This document shows, in pieces, positions 51,422 to 62,099 of a stretch of DNA of 64,000 bases. The notes beneath the pieces are model-generated. The model was given only the letters and a program-made list of their open reading frames with translations. It was not told the DNA's origin and made no database searches. The stretch lies in assembly GCA_010015585.1 (NCBI GenBank), contig ML975176.1. One strand, 5' to 3'. Positions within the stretch are counted from its first letter, which is position 1. Each line of letters begins with the position of its first letter. Source of the stretch: Eremomyces bilateralis CBS 781.70. Taxonomy: Eukaryota. The position numbers and the translations under genes were made by a program.

Positions 51422-52489
51422 TCAGAATTTTGCCATCATCTGAAGATTCACAGGACTTATTGCCTTGCCAGTCTCAAAGAAACTTAGAATATTCTCCATT
51501 CCCAAACGTTCAAAACCGATATGAGATTCTAGAGAGGCACCAGCCGTGTGTGAGAGAAGTTCCACGTTCCTCATCTTCACCAACCTCGGGTTGAGGACGG
51601 GTTCATTGAAATGAACATCCAATCCGGCTGCCGAAAGTTGACCCGACTCCAACGCTTCGATGAGGGCATCCTCATCCAACAATTTTCCTCTTGCCACATT
51701 CACCAAACGACTACCTCTCTTCATCATGCGGAAGTGTTCTTGAGATAGTAGTTGATCGCCGTTAAATGGTGTTGCAATCAAGACACAGTCTGCCTTTCCC
51801 AACATCGTCTGGAGGGAGTGGAATTCGGCATCGATGCTCTTCTTAATATCCATACGCATCACGTCATGGTAGATGATTCGCATACCAAAACATTGCTGTG
51901 CTTTTTGCGCAACACGAAATCCAATCCGACCCAAACCAATGATCCCAAGAGTTGAACCAGATGGATTATTGGATATGGCAGCAATGTTGCGATTGGCATC
52001 AACGAATTCGGAGACGGAGAGCGAACGAGCTGCTTGACTCGACCAAGAAAACAATCGATACGTGGATAGGATCAACCAAATTGCAGCATCGGCTACTGAC
52101 TCGGTACAAGCAGATGCTGCATTGCAATATACGATGCCTACGAAGGTTAGTTCGAGATACTCTTGGAAGAATCACTTACCATGATCGGCCATCACCTTCG
52201 TATCAACCCAATCGAATCCTGCTCCGGCACTGGCGGATATTTTGCAGGAATTTGGGAGAAGAGAGATCAATTCACGGTCCCACTTCCCCATCTCCCCTCC
52301 GGTATTCCAGAATGGGCGATATATTGCCACAAAGTTCCCAAACTTTTTCGTTTTGAGGGCTTTTATGAACGCCCCACGATCCATCTTGTAACTTCTTCTG
52401 ATTTCAAATCTCTCCTGTAGTTTCTGGTATAGATCATGATTCCACTTGATATCATCTCCAAGATGGAGAATAATCGGCTTCGACTCCAT
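51422..52489 (-). CDS. D-isomer-specific 2-hydroxyacid dehydrogenase (glyoxylate reductase/D-mandelate DH-like), 2 exons
   Basis: SAGAGFDWVD, GIIGLGRIG, VNVARG, GLDVHFNEP and SHTAG. Confidence 0.9.
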
Positions 52490-52900
52490 CTCTTGTGGCT
52501 TTGGAGTAGAATTGACTTACGGAAAGGCGGTCTGAGGGTAACTAGCTAAGAAAGCAATGGTCACAGGTGGAGTTCCCGTCCTTCTGATACCCCATGACTC
52601 ATCCTTTCGCCTCATATGTAGAACGGACATCTTTGACGACAATGAATCCCTTGAGGATTAGACCGGCTTAGAGCAAAGATCTGGACAAATCGATCGAGTA
52701 ATTCTTGAGTTGTGATAGTCGAACAGGACGTGGGAAATTGTAGTCAGGCTACAAGGCAACAATTCCGTTTTCGCGACATCCATCTTCGCGACTTCGCCTC
52801 TCAGAAACAACTCCTGTCATTCAACCAAGATCATCCGCCGAGAACTCATCAAGAACCATCGATATTCACTCCGTCACCGAGAACCCATCAAGAACCGATC

Positions 52901-54161
52901 ATGGGAAAGAAGAAGAGGAATCATCCCGATGTCGAAGATGTCCTGTCACGACCTTGGTGCTACTATTGTGAGCGCGATTTCGATGACTTAAAGATCCTCA
53001 TATCTCATCAGAAGGCTAAGCACTTCAAGTGCGATAGATGTAATCGTCGGTTGAATACCGCTGGAGGTACGTTGATCCCATGACTTTACGCGCATCGCTA
53101 ACCTCTCAGGTTTGTCCGTTCATCTGAATCAAGTCCACAAAGAGACCCTCAATGCCGTTGACAATGCCCTTCCCAATCGACAGGGCTTGGATGTGGAAAT
53201 CTTTGGGATGGAAGGTATCCCGGAGGATGTCGTCAACTCACACAAACAACGCGTCCTTCAACAATACTACGAAGCTCAAGCCGATCGTCAAGCACAAACC
53301 GGAAACCCAGCTCCTGGTGCAAATGCTCCAAAGAAACCGAAATTCGAATCTCCATCCGATTTGAAGAGGAGATTGGCCGAACACAAAGCTAAGAAAGCTG
53401 CCGAAGCCGCTGGAAGTAGTGGTGATGTAACACCGTTACAGGGAGCTCAAAGTCCAGCCGCTGCTACTCAAAGTCCGGTTCCTTTCGTAAGTCGATCGCT
53501 CTAGATGTTGAGCAGATACTAACTCTTCCAGCACCCGCCCTTCCCTTCACACCAAGTACCTCATATCCCTCCCCAAACCAGTCCTCCTCCCTATGGACAG
53601 TTTCCGCCTTACGGTCAGCAAGCTTTCCCTCCATCTTGGGTTCCCGGAATGCCTCAAGTCCCTCCCATGCCCGGTGGATACTCACCAGGTCAATATCCAT
53701 CCATCTCCCCCCCATTCCAAGGACATCCGCAAGTCCTTCGACAAAATCTCCCAAATGCCCCGGGACTTCCACAAAGACCCGCCTTTGGCGCTCCCCAGGT
53801 GAATTCATTTCAGTTTCAGCAAATGCATCAAGGCCATGCTCAACCATCTTCACCGGGCCCTAACCAGACCCAGGGAGTCAATGGTCACAACGCGGCCGCT
53901 TTCTCCGCGTCAGTTGATGAACTGATTGCTAGCACCAAACAGGAAATGGACAAATCCAAACCAAGTGCAACGGAGAAATCAAAGAAAGACTTCCGTTTGG
54001 TTTATTCGGATAATGAGGTTAGTCCGGAGGAGAAGATGGCAACCCTTCCAAGGTACGCATTCGTTCCAAACAACAAACCAGAAACCGTCTTGGGGGATGT
54101 GGAGGGTAGTGTGACGGGTCCTGTGGTAGGTCCAGACGATGTCATGGACAAATCAGGTTGA
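52901..54161 (+). CDS. C2H2 zinc-finger protein, ZNF207/BuGZ homolog, 3 exons
   Basis: [17 protein letters not shown]...[10 protein letters not shown]...[18 protein letters not shown], Pro-rich middle and GLEBS-like [20 protein letters not shown]. Confidence 0.9.
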
Positions 54162-54429
54162 TCCGGTTGCTTCAGAGGCGATGGAAAGTGCTCACTTAGT
54201 ACTCCCGACTCCCTACGACACGAGATCATAGGCCATCGGAGTTGCAGATTCATTATGGGATATGGTCAGTCAGTCCATCGGTGTTCATAGTTCTTGCGGG
54301 AACTGATTCTTCATTCAAGTTCTGGTCCGAAGGATGGATGGAATACCGTTTGTAAGTCGATTGATACAAATTTTCAAGCCTTTTCATGATTTCCACATCT
54401 GTGTCGTTCCACCGGCATTTGCGCTCAGT

Positions 54430-55669
54430 AGTGGCATGATTTCCTCACCTTTCTATAAACACCATTGAGGATGCAGCATTGCATTGGTAATATTGTGATT
54501 GTGCCTCTAAAAGACCAGCCATTGTATGGCGTGGTGGAAGAATGGGAAAAATCGGTGTCAGAAACCTGATTTTGAAGGCATTCTATACCTCTCTCACTCC
54601 TTCGAGTTCCTCGAAAATGGTGTCTACCGCGCCCTCGGCTCCTTTCAACACCGTTTCCAGCGTTCGGATGTTGATGAAGATCGGACATTCCGAGATATTG
54701 GCCACCGCTGATTCGAACCATTCATTTGCGGTTGGAAATGCGTTCTTGGATATTAACGCAAGAGAATAGAACGTATTAGAGGCTGATCGGATTTAGCTCG
54801 GCATCCAACTTGTCAGATGAGTGATGATACATCGCCTCTCAAAACGCGTGCGGGAGATGAGGATCCCAGTCTGCGCGATGAATGCGACAAGGGCTTTGGT
54901 GAGTTTGGATGGATTGCCCTGGTAATTATTAGCGTTGAGTTCTTTGACCCGCTTTATGCAATCGTACCATGTCGATGATGCGTTCACGCCCTAGTGTACT
55001 GTCTTCGAGTCGATCCAGCGTCATTCTCGGGCTCATCCTCGTCCTCATCCTCGTCCTCACCCTTATCCGCCTCGCTGCCCTCGTCCCCCTGGTTTGTACG
55101 GCGCGTCCTCCAGATCCTCCGGCTCCTCTGGTTCGTTCAGTGCGTCCTCCAGGCCCCCCGGCTCGTCCGGTTCGTCCTTCGATTCGTTCTCCTCCAGGTC
55201 TTCTTCTGTCTCATCTTCATCCTCTTTGTCTAGCTCGTCGGCACCTCTAGCATTTTGCTTGTCCGGTTTGAGGGACCTCGAACTACCTTGAGGACAGCAG
55301 CTTTGTCGATGTTAAGGTCGGAAAAAACAAGGTCAAGTGCGATGCCAAGCACATCTTGAGTGGCTCGTTCGATTGATGGCCGCGTCTGGTTCGTGTTCCT
55401 GGCTCCCTAATGTTGTCTTGCGGCCGGGGTGATTGCATTTTGTAGCTCAGCATGCGAAGCGCTTGGTTGACTTGCTGCAATTGGCAAGCGACTGTCATGT
55501 GGGATAGGAAGAGTGGTGATGTGATCCCTAGATTTTCTACCCGATTCTTCTCTGGAAGTCGAGGACGTCTTGGGACAACATCGTAGGTGTCCGTTAGCCC
55601 TACATATTCTTTGATATGGCGAATGTTGGCCGCGGTGGCGTTTAAACCTTTGTTTTTGCCGCGTGCCAT
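54430..55669 (-). pseudogene. Degraded hypothetical gene with an acidic (D/E) tract
   Basis: ATG at 55669 (MARGKNKG...), then an acidic segment (DKEDEDETEEDLEENESKDE...EDEDEDEDEPE) and further coding-like segments in shifted frames with stops. Confidence 0.4.
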
Positions 55670-55734
55670 TGCTGATGCTTGGTGGAGTGGTGATTGGATC
55701 TGGGGTTTTCTGGAGAAATCGACGCTACGGATTG

Positions 55735-55983
55735 CAAGAAGCCCGTCCCGATGACAAGGTTGATGGGGGATGGATTGAAAGAAAACAAGAAGTTGTTCTA
55801 AGGACTAAACTTATGTCGGCAGCAACGTCGAGATGATTGATGAGATGAATCCCAATGGGATAACAAGAAGCCTGTCCTAGGGACAGGGCTTAGAAGATGA
55901 TGGGGCAACAAGGAACCCGTCCGATGGACTGGACTTACAATACGAAGGGAAAACAAGAAGACCGTTCTATGAACAAGGACTTG
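55735..55983. repeat. Array of five ~29-bp imperfect palindromic repeats
   Basis: Units start at 55735, 55786, 55864, 55909 and 55954. Consensus approximately CAAGAAG-NYY-GTYC-NNN-GRAC-...CTTA. Confidence 0.7.
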
Positions 55984-58900
55984 ACTATGGATATCCGTGC
56001 AGATATGATGGCGGTGATTGGAAAGTGATGGTGGAAAATGTAAGCTGAAACCTGGCTATCCATGTGAGTGAAACCTAACAAAAAACCCCACAGCTCAGTT
56101 CTCAAAATTCTGCCTATTCGGACTTAATATCACTTCACTTTGATTTATCCACAGATTCCACTGGACACCCTATGTATCTGCCCGACCAGGCGGGACGGAT
56201 CGTTCCGGGATCCAGGAAACCGGAATCCTCAAGTTCTACTGGTATGGATAAATTGCTCGACTAGACGATGGGTCGACAGGCACGGTGAGTTCCAGCATGA
56301 TTTCCCGAAGGAATCGATGGGTGGTACGTCTATGAACAAGTGTATTGCGTCACCAAATTCATCATCAACTCCTCTCATCATCCCTTCTGTTTGCATGTCC
56401 CGTTTGCATCTTCGGTATACAAATATTCTCCAAGTCCCCCGTCTTTCAATATTCTACTGCAGCTCTGAATTGGAGTTCTGAATTGTCCTTGACTTTGCAA
56501 TGCTCCTTGAATCGCGAATATACTCTGCATAGCCATTTGCTTGTTCAATGTATCTAGTAGAACCTTCGTATATTGTCGCATTGGGTTGTCGAGTCATTAT
56601 CTCATCGAGCAGACTGGCATCCCGATTTCCTGCAGCTGATCTTGAAACCTCACTTTCTAACAACATACTGTCATGACGTGACAATCCTTTCTGTCTCATT
56701 ACCCCATCCACCGGAGTTATATTTACGATATACGATTAAATGTCTTGTCTTATCTTCATCCACCGGTTCTATAACTCCGCGAATCATAACCCCAACCCGT
56801 GGACCCGTTACTCAGTCGACTCGATCCATTGTTAAGCTTAGACATAGTGTGGGATTCTTCTCCCGTCCGTTGATTCGTAAGCTCAGCCATAGTGCGGGTT
56901 TCTCACTCTTCGGGAAAGCGACTTCTCCCTTCCCGATGTCAAAGCGGGGTTGTATCAAACTTCAGCCAGATATGACGAGACAAAACTGACGCAAGACCGC
57001 CCAGACAGGAGGATTTCCGAGCTGGAAACGAAAGTGAAGGTGAATCTGGCCGACAAGGTCAGATATTGGGCAGAGGCTGGACCAGCAGGGGAAACCTGCG
57101 ATTAGTGTTGGGCACCGGGGATAGCAATCCCACCGATTATGAAAGGATCAGGCGGTGCGCATTCAGCAACTTGAGATAGTTAATCAAAAAGTCTCGATGC
57201 TGGGGCCAGATTGGCTGGCGCGGCCGGCAGAGCTTGCGCGACGAGATTTCAAGAGGCGAATATCGAGCATGGAAAGGTCAAGGGCAATTATGAGTTAGAA
57301 GATGCTACCCATCAACTACAGATGGAGCTAACTGATCAATTGTTAACGGTTCAGGCGGTACAGATTCAGTCGCGGGTTCAATTATGCACGAGAATGGTGG
57401 AGGGCAGTAATTGATCATATCTCCGGAACTTCGGTGATCAGCACACACAGTCGGTATGCTCTTCGTATTCCGAGTCAATTCATCGCTGTGTAGTATCTTT
57501 TCGTTTCTGTTACTTCTGGTCAGTCGGTTTGTTGGGGTGCTCTTCTCGATAGAGAGCTTGTATTTCGATTCTTTATCCGAGTTAAGAGGCCGATGCCGTG
57601 CAGTTCCTCGAGAGTACTATCCTCAGGCAGCTCCACCAGTCGACATTAGAATCAAGAAGGTTTTTGTCGGAATGGTGGTACGATGCTGCCTGGTGATCTC
57701 TGGCGGGCCGAAATGGGATAAAGGGCATGAGCGTACTGCCGTGTGTATGTATCTTCGATCCGATACTGCGCATTGTTAACATTATATTAGGCCAGTCATG
57801 TGGGACTCATAATCGGCCCTAATAGTTTAGGAGTGATATCCCGACGAGGCACCATGTGCTGGGGCTCCTAGATCATTCGTGCGAATCGACTGATTAGTGT
57901 CATGGGCCCAAACCACGAAGGATTTGGTAAGCTGGTAACGCTATTGAATTGCTAAAGAGAAAAGGAAAAGATCTCTCTCACGATCTACTATGTACATCTG
58001 TGAGCAAACGGTCTACCTATCCTTCCTGCCTTAGGCCGCAAGGCCACAATACACAGACTGGGCGAAGCCCAAGACTGTCACAATTAGAGGCGGGTTAGAT
58101 CAACCACAATATAGTTGCATCAAAAGGGGGAAGGCCATCAAAGCAGGTCGCATAGATATATGTACAGGGTTCTTTGTTCTTTGCATTGATTCTCACTTCA
58201 TCTTAGTGTCTCCAATGGTTTCATATTCCGTACCACTGCTTTCACACGAATCTTTGCTACCACTCCGGCCAAACTGCTTGAGAAGTCTTCCTGCGAAGAG
58301 CGAACATCACAGTAATGGTTGTTCAGCAACCATGGCCTGAAATTAACAGCTTCCGTTTTCGAAAGTCTGCTAATTCCACTCGTATAACTATCACAAAGTT
58401 TCCATGCCTTGCTAGTTGCCAATTTGCTGGTTTACATTGTGACTGGTGAATGGAGGACGTAGCTTTTAACGGTCGGCAAGCCAACAGTAGTTGGTTATTT
58501 TCATTAGCTTGGAAAACACATTGATTATGTGTATTCACTGAAATTCTGTGTTGAAAATTGTCCATCGTGAGTATGGTGAATTGCGCTGAAGTAAAACCTC
58601 CTAGTTTCCACCTGTCCGTAGACTTTACTTCTTCATTCTTTCAATATTTTTCCACTTCTTTAAGAAGAAAATTCTACAGAAGCCCGCGAAGTCCAACTGT
58701 ACGCGTCCACGTCGCCGCGGGTGAAACATTGATGGAGAAGAGTTCTCTATTGATGGCTAAGTGCAGTGGCGATGAGAGAGACGCACGCGTTGCGCGTGCA
58801 GGTCGCAGGCCTTGAGCGTGGTATCGCCATACCACCAATACCAGCACGACTGTGTCTACTGACTCCGCTTAGACACGGTGTCCTTTCATTAAGGGAGGCC

Positions 58901-59360
58901 TCTTGAGGGATATAAAGGGATACGAAAACCATCCGATAGGGGTCTATCTAGCTCGCAGCTGGATCCGGAAGCCTGACTTATCATTAGGTAGATGAGGACG
59001 CGTCCTAGGCCTCTAACAGGACATCCTCAGGCTCGCCTACTCTGGGGTTACGCGTGAGCAACGAGCTGCGTGTAGCGAGGGTTTAGAATAATCCTAATTC
59101 TAAAGAACTGTCACGGTCGTACTTTTCGTGCTTTGAGGCGTTAATGTATTGTTGCCTTATGGCCTGATACGGATGCCTCACGATACGATCGGTGTTGTGA
59201 GCACCTCAAGGCCTACTTATCATCGCTCACACAGCGGCATGTACTTAGATCTTCCTTCCTCCTTCGTAGATTGATTCTCGTATATCGCGAATTACAGAGT
59301 TTCACCTCATCCTTTCGTAGCCTGACAGTATCCATCTTCTAACTTCAAAAACCATTCCGT

Positions 59361-60398
59361 CTATAACTTTTGCTTCTTCGGTGCTGGTCTCAGAATGCAC
59401 TGTTGGGTCATATTCGCCACTAACTTCGTCCCTGTCTTATCAAAGAGCCTCGACTCGGTGTACGTCCTCGCATGGTCGGCAACTATCGTTCGCCATTCTC
59501 TTAGGTGCCACTTACTGAGGTCGATTTCAGTGACATATAATCTTAGGGCGAAGTCAAGCGTCGAGCACGGGCCGGCTTCATCGAACCACATGGCGTTATG
59601 CGCCAACGGAATGAACGACAGCGCCCCGTCCATCATGAGCGAAAGTCCGCACACGTTCTCGGCTTGGGTTTGAGTCGTTCCAACATGTCGGAAATAGTCG
59701 GCAGATGTCTTCTCTGTAACATCCAGATCATCCTGGCTGGTCTTCAACCACTTCGCCGCCCCAAAGGTCTGGCCCATGACTCCTTCTGGCGTGGTGCGCT
59801 GTTCGAATTGAAGTTTCTTGACCAGCCCAAATTCCTTCTTCAACCCTTCTGACACTCCCGGTGGGAGTAATCCCTTCTCTTCCATCTCTAGAGCGGTTTG
59901 ATCGTGCGGCTTGCATATCTCGACTGGAGAGTATTGCCTGAATGGCTTGACAGAATACTGGAGCAGCGCCTCCGGTTCCGGGGCTTGGAAATCCGCAATC
60001 ATGATCATCACCTTCCGCTCAGTCTTCTCCAGGTTTTCCTTCACGGCCTTCGTGAGGGTTTCGTAGGGAACAGCGTTCGTGCTTTGGCTCAAGTCTATGA
60101 CGCGAGTTGCAAATGATCTCGTGTCGCGCACGCGTCGTACTCGCGCAATGAACGGCCGGTCAACCAACGAAGGGCCCAAGAAGCTTCCAGTTGCAGAATA
60201 GAGGGCGTAATTTGGGCCTACGGTTTGGAAGGCCGCGTGAAGCGAGGCGGAAATGGTACAGCCGCCGTACGCGATGCTCTTCGAGTTGGCCATTTGATCT
60301 GGAGGAATCACACTGATGAACTGATCATCTCCAATCGACCGGAGAGCTAACTGGGCGCTCAGCGATTTTGGTGCCAGCTCAACAGCGTGGGCAGCCAT
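59361..60398 (-). CDS. Acyl-CoA thioesterase II (TesB-like double hotdog)
   Basis: Intronless 345-aa ORF with AYGGC, GSFLGP, RDTRSFATR, MMDGALSF, STLDFALR and MTQQCILRP. Confidence 0.88.
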   Translation of the reverse strand: MAAHAVELAPKSLSAQLALRSIGDDQFISVIPPDQMANSKSIAYGGCTISASLHAAFQTVGPNYALYSATGSFLGPSLVDRPFIARVRRVRDTRSFATRVIDLSQSTNAVPYETLTKAVKENLEKTERKVMIMIADFQAPEPEALLQYSVKPFRQYSPVEICKPHDQTALEMEEKGLLPPGVSEGLKKEFGLVKKLQFEQRTTPEGVMGQTFGAAKWLKTSQDDLDVTEKTSADYFRHVGTTQTQAENVCGLSLMMDGALSFIPLAHNAMWFDEAGPCSTLDFALRLYVTEIDLSKWHLREWRTIVADHARTYTESRLFDKTGTKLVANMTQQCILRPAPKKQKL

Positions 60399-61135
60399 CT
60401 TAACGAGGGATTCGAGAGTGATGAGATAAGGATAACGCGAAACTAGTCCAAAACTACCGGATCGATGAAAAATCTCCCCGTGACTTCAGAAATATATGTA
60501 AAGGGATGTATCACTTGTATGGGAAATGGGAAATATATTAAATTTACGGACGTATTCCGTCACTAACTAACTTCCGGTTTGCTGAGACGGCGAAGTTCGG
60601 ACTTTGAACGTTGCTGGAAGGGGTTACAGCAATTATCTAATGAGAAGCCACTAATGGGCAGAGTAACAAGTTGGAGATAGGCGGCAAGGGGCCCATTCTA
60701 ATAATATTTTGGTTAATCTCTCAGTAACTTGAACCTTCTTGATTACCATTCACACTTCATCTTTCTCACCGCATCGGCTAATGCAATGGTGTTAGCCGGC
60801 TATGAGAGATGAATCTCATTCTACGGCAGCTAGCCATCTTTTCATGTAGAAGCCAGGCTTCTGCGATCATCATGGAGTTACAAGGCCTAACCCGTAGAGT
60901 TGCACAGCATCCACTGTGCGCCCAGGCCTTCTTGACCGGGGGGTGGTCGGATGGTCTGTGTAGGCCGATGGCCGGCCTGGCGAATAGGTGAGCATTATTA
61001 CGGAATACATTTCTATATACGGTACATATTTCTAAGCTGGGGAAGCCTTCTTTGTTTACATCGAAGAAGGTTGGACGCTGAATCAACCCTTAACCTAATC
61101 AGGCTTGGGCTCTCAGCCTTAGCGAACCAAGGGTT

Positions 61136-61500
61136 TCAACCCATAACAATCCGCTTCACAGTCGTACCAAGTTCCCTCTTCGTCCGCCGCCAATACTGGT
61201 CCCTGAACTGTACAGGGCCGATAGTTCCGAACCTAACGGCCGTAAGAAATGCGGCGGTCTATACAAGTGTGATGAGGAAGCCAATAGGGAAGATGTCTAG
61301 TGTCACGCCTGGCAAGACCAAAGACGTAACGGTCGCAGCCAGCGCCGATACTGAAGCTTGGGTCGCGGGGTCGATCGTGCTCGTGCCCTAGTTTGCGAAG
61401 ACGCCGGACATAAAGCTGGCTTCGGTGCTAGATAGCGTAGTATTGACTACAGCCTGAGTGACCGCACGCGTCGTAGATAGCTCTTCTTCTTTAGCTTTGC
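61136..61500 (-). pseudogene. C-terminal fragment of a fungal membrane-protein gene with RIP-type stops
   Basis: VNTTLSSTEASFMSGVFAN*...LVLPGVTLDIFPIGFLITLV*TAAFLTAVRFGTIGPVQFRDQYWRR. Two in-frame TAG stops (probably from CAG and TGG) and no obvious 5' part. Confidence 0.6.
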
Positions 61501-62019
61501 AATAAATGAAAGTGGTTCTCGTAACTTCTGCGATCAAACCGTCTCAACGGTTAGATATATCAGCGGTTTAGAATTCAATCGGGAAATTTCCTCGATCGTT
61601 TTGCTTAATTAACAGTTGGTTAGCGGTTGTGTCGCATCACGCGTGGGTGATGATTAAGCACGTTTGCTTCTTTAGCTCAGTTGCTGTAGAGTCACAACGC
61701 AAGTTGGTCTTGACGATTCCCATTGTCTCTCCAAAAAGGAGATCTAGCTAGCAAAACAGTTGAAGATAACTGGGACATATCATAAGGGCAATTTTGGTGC
61801 GTCATGGCCTGGGTTATTAGGCAAAAATGCCAAGACCTTAGTTCTTCACACATAACACCCATCGCGGAAATGGTACTCTTATTGCCTGTAACTAACAACA
61901 ATAACAGTAGCAGTAGCAGAGAAAGTATGGATATCCATGCGTACGCGCATATTTTTATGTTTAACCATCTTGGTTGAGATCTTCGGTAGGGACGGTAAGC
62001 TGTTAGATATATCGACTTA

Positions 62020-62049
62020 TAAGTAACAAGTGACAAGTGACAAGTGACC
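62020..62049. repeat. Short tandem (ACAAGTG)n repeat
   Basis: TAAGTAACAAGTGACAAGTGACAAGTGACC. Confidence 0.7.
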
Positions 62050-62099
62050 AAAGTCAACTTGTTGTATTGAAATCCCGACTACCCAAGGTACAGCATAAT

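Noticed and set aside
55735..55983. CRISPR array interpretation of the palindromic repeats
   Set aside because: The genome is eukaryotic, no cas genes are visible, the repeats are too divergent and the spacers are irregular (~16-50 bp).
57400..58600. Coding-like fragments on the minus strand
   Set aside because: They could not be assigned to any family or joined into a gene model.
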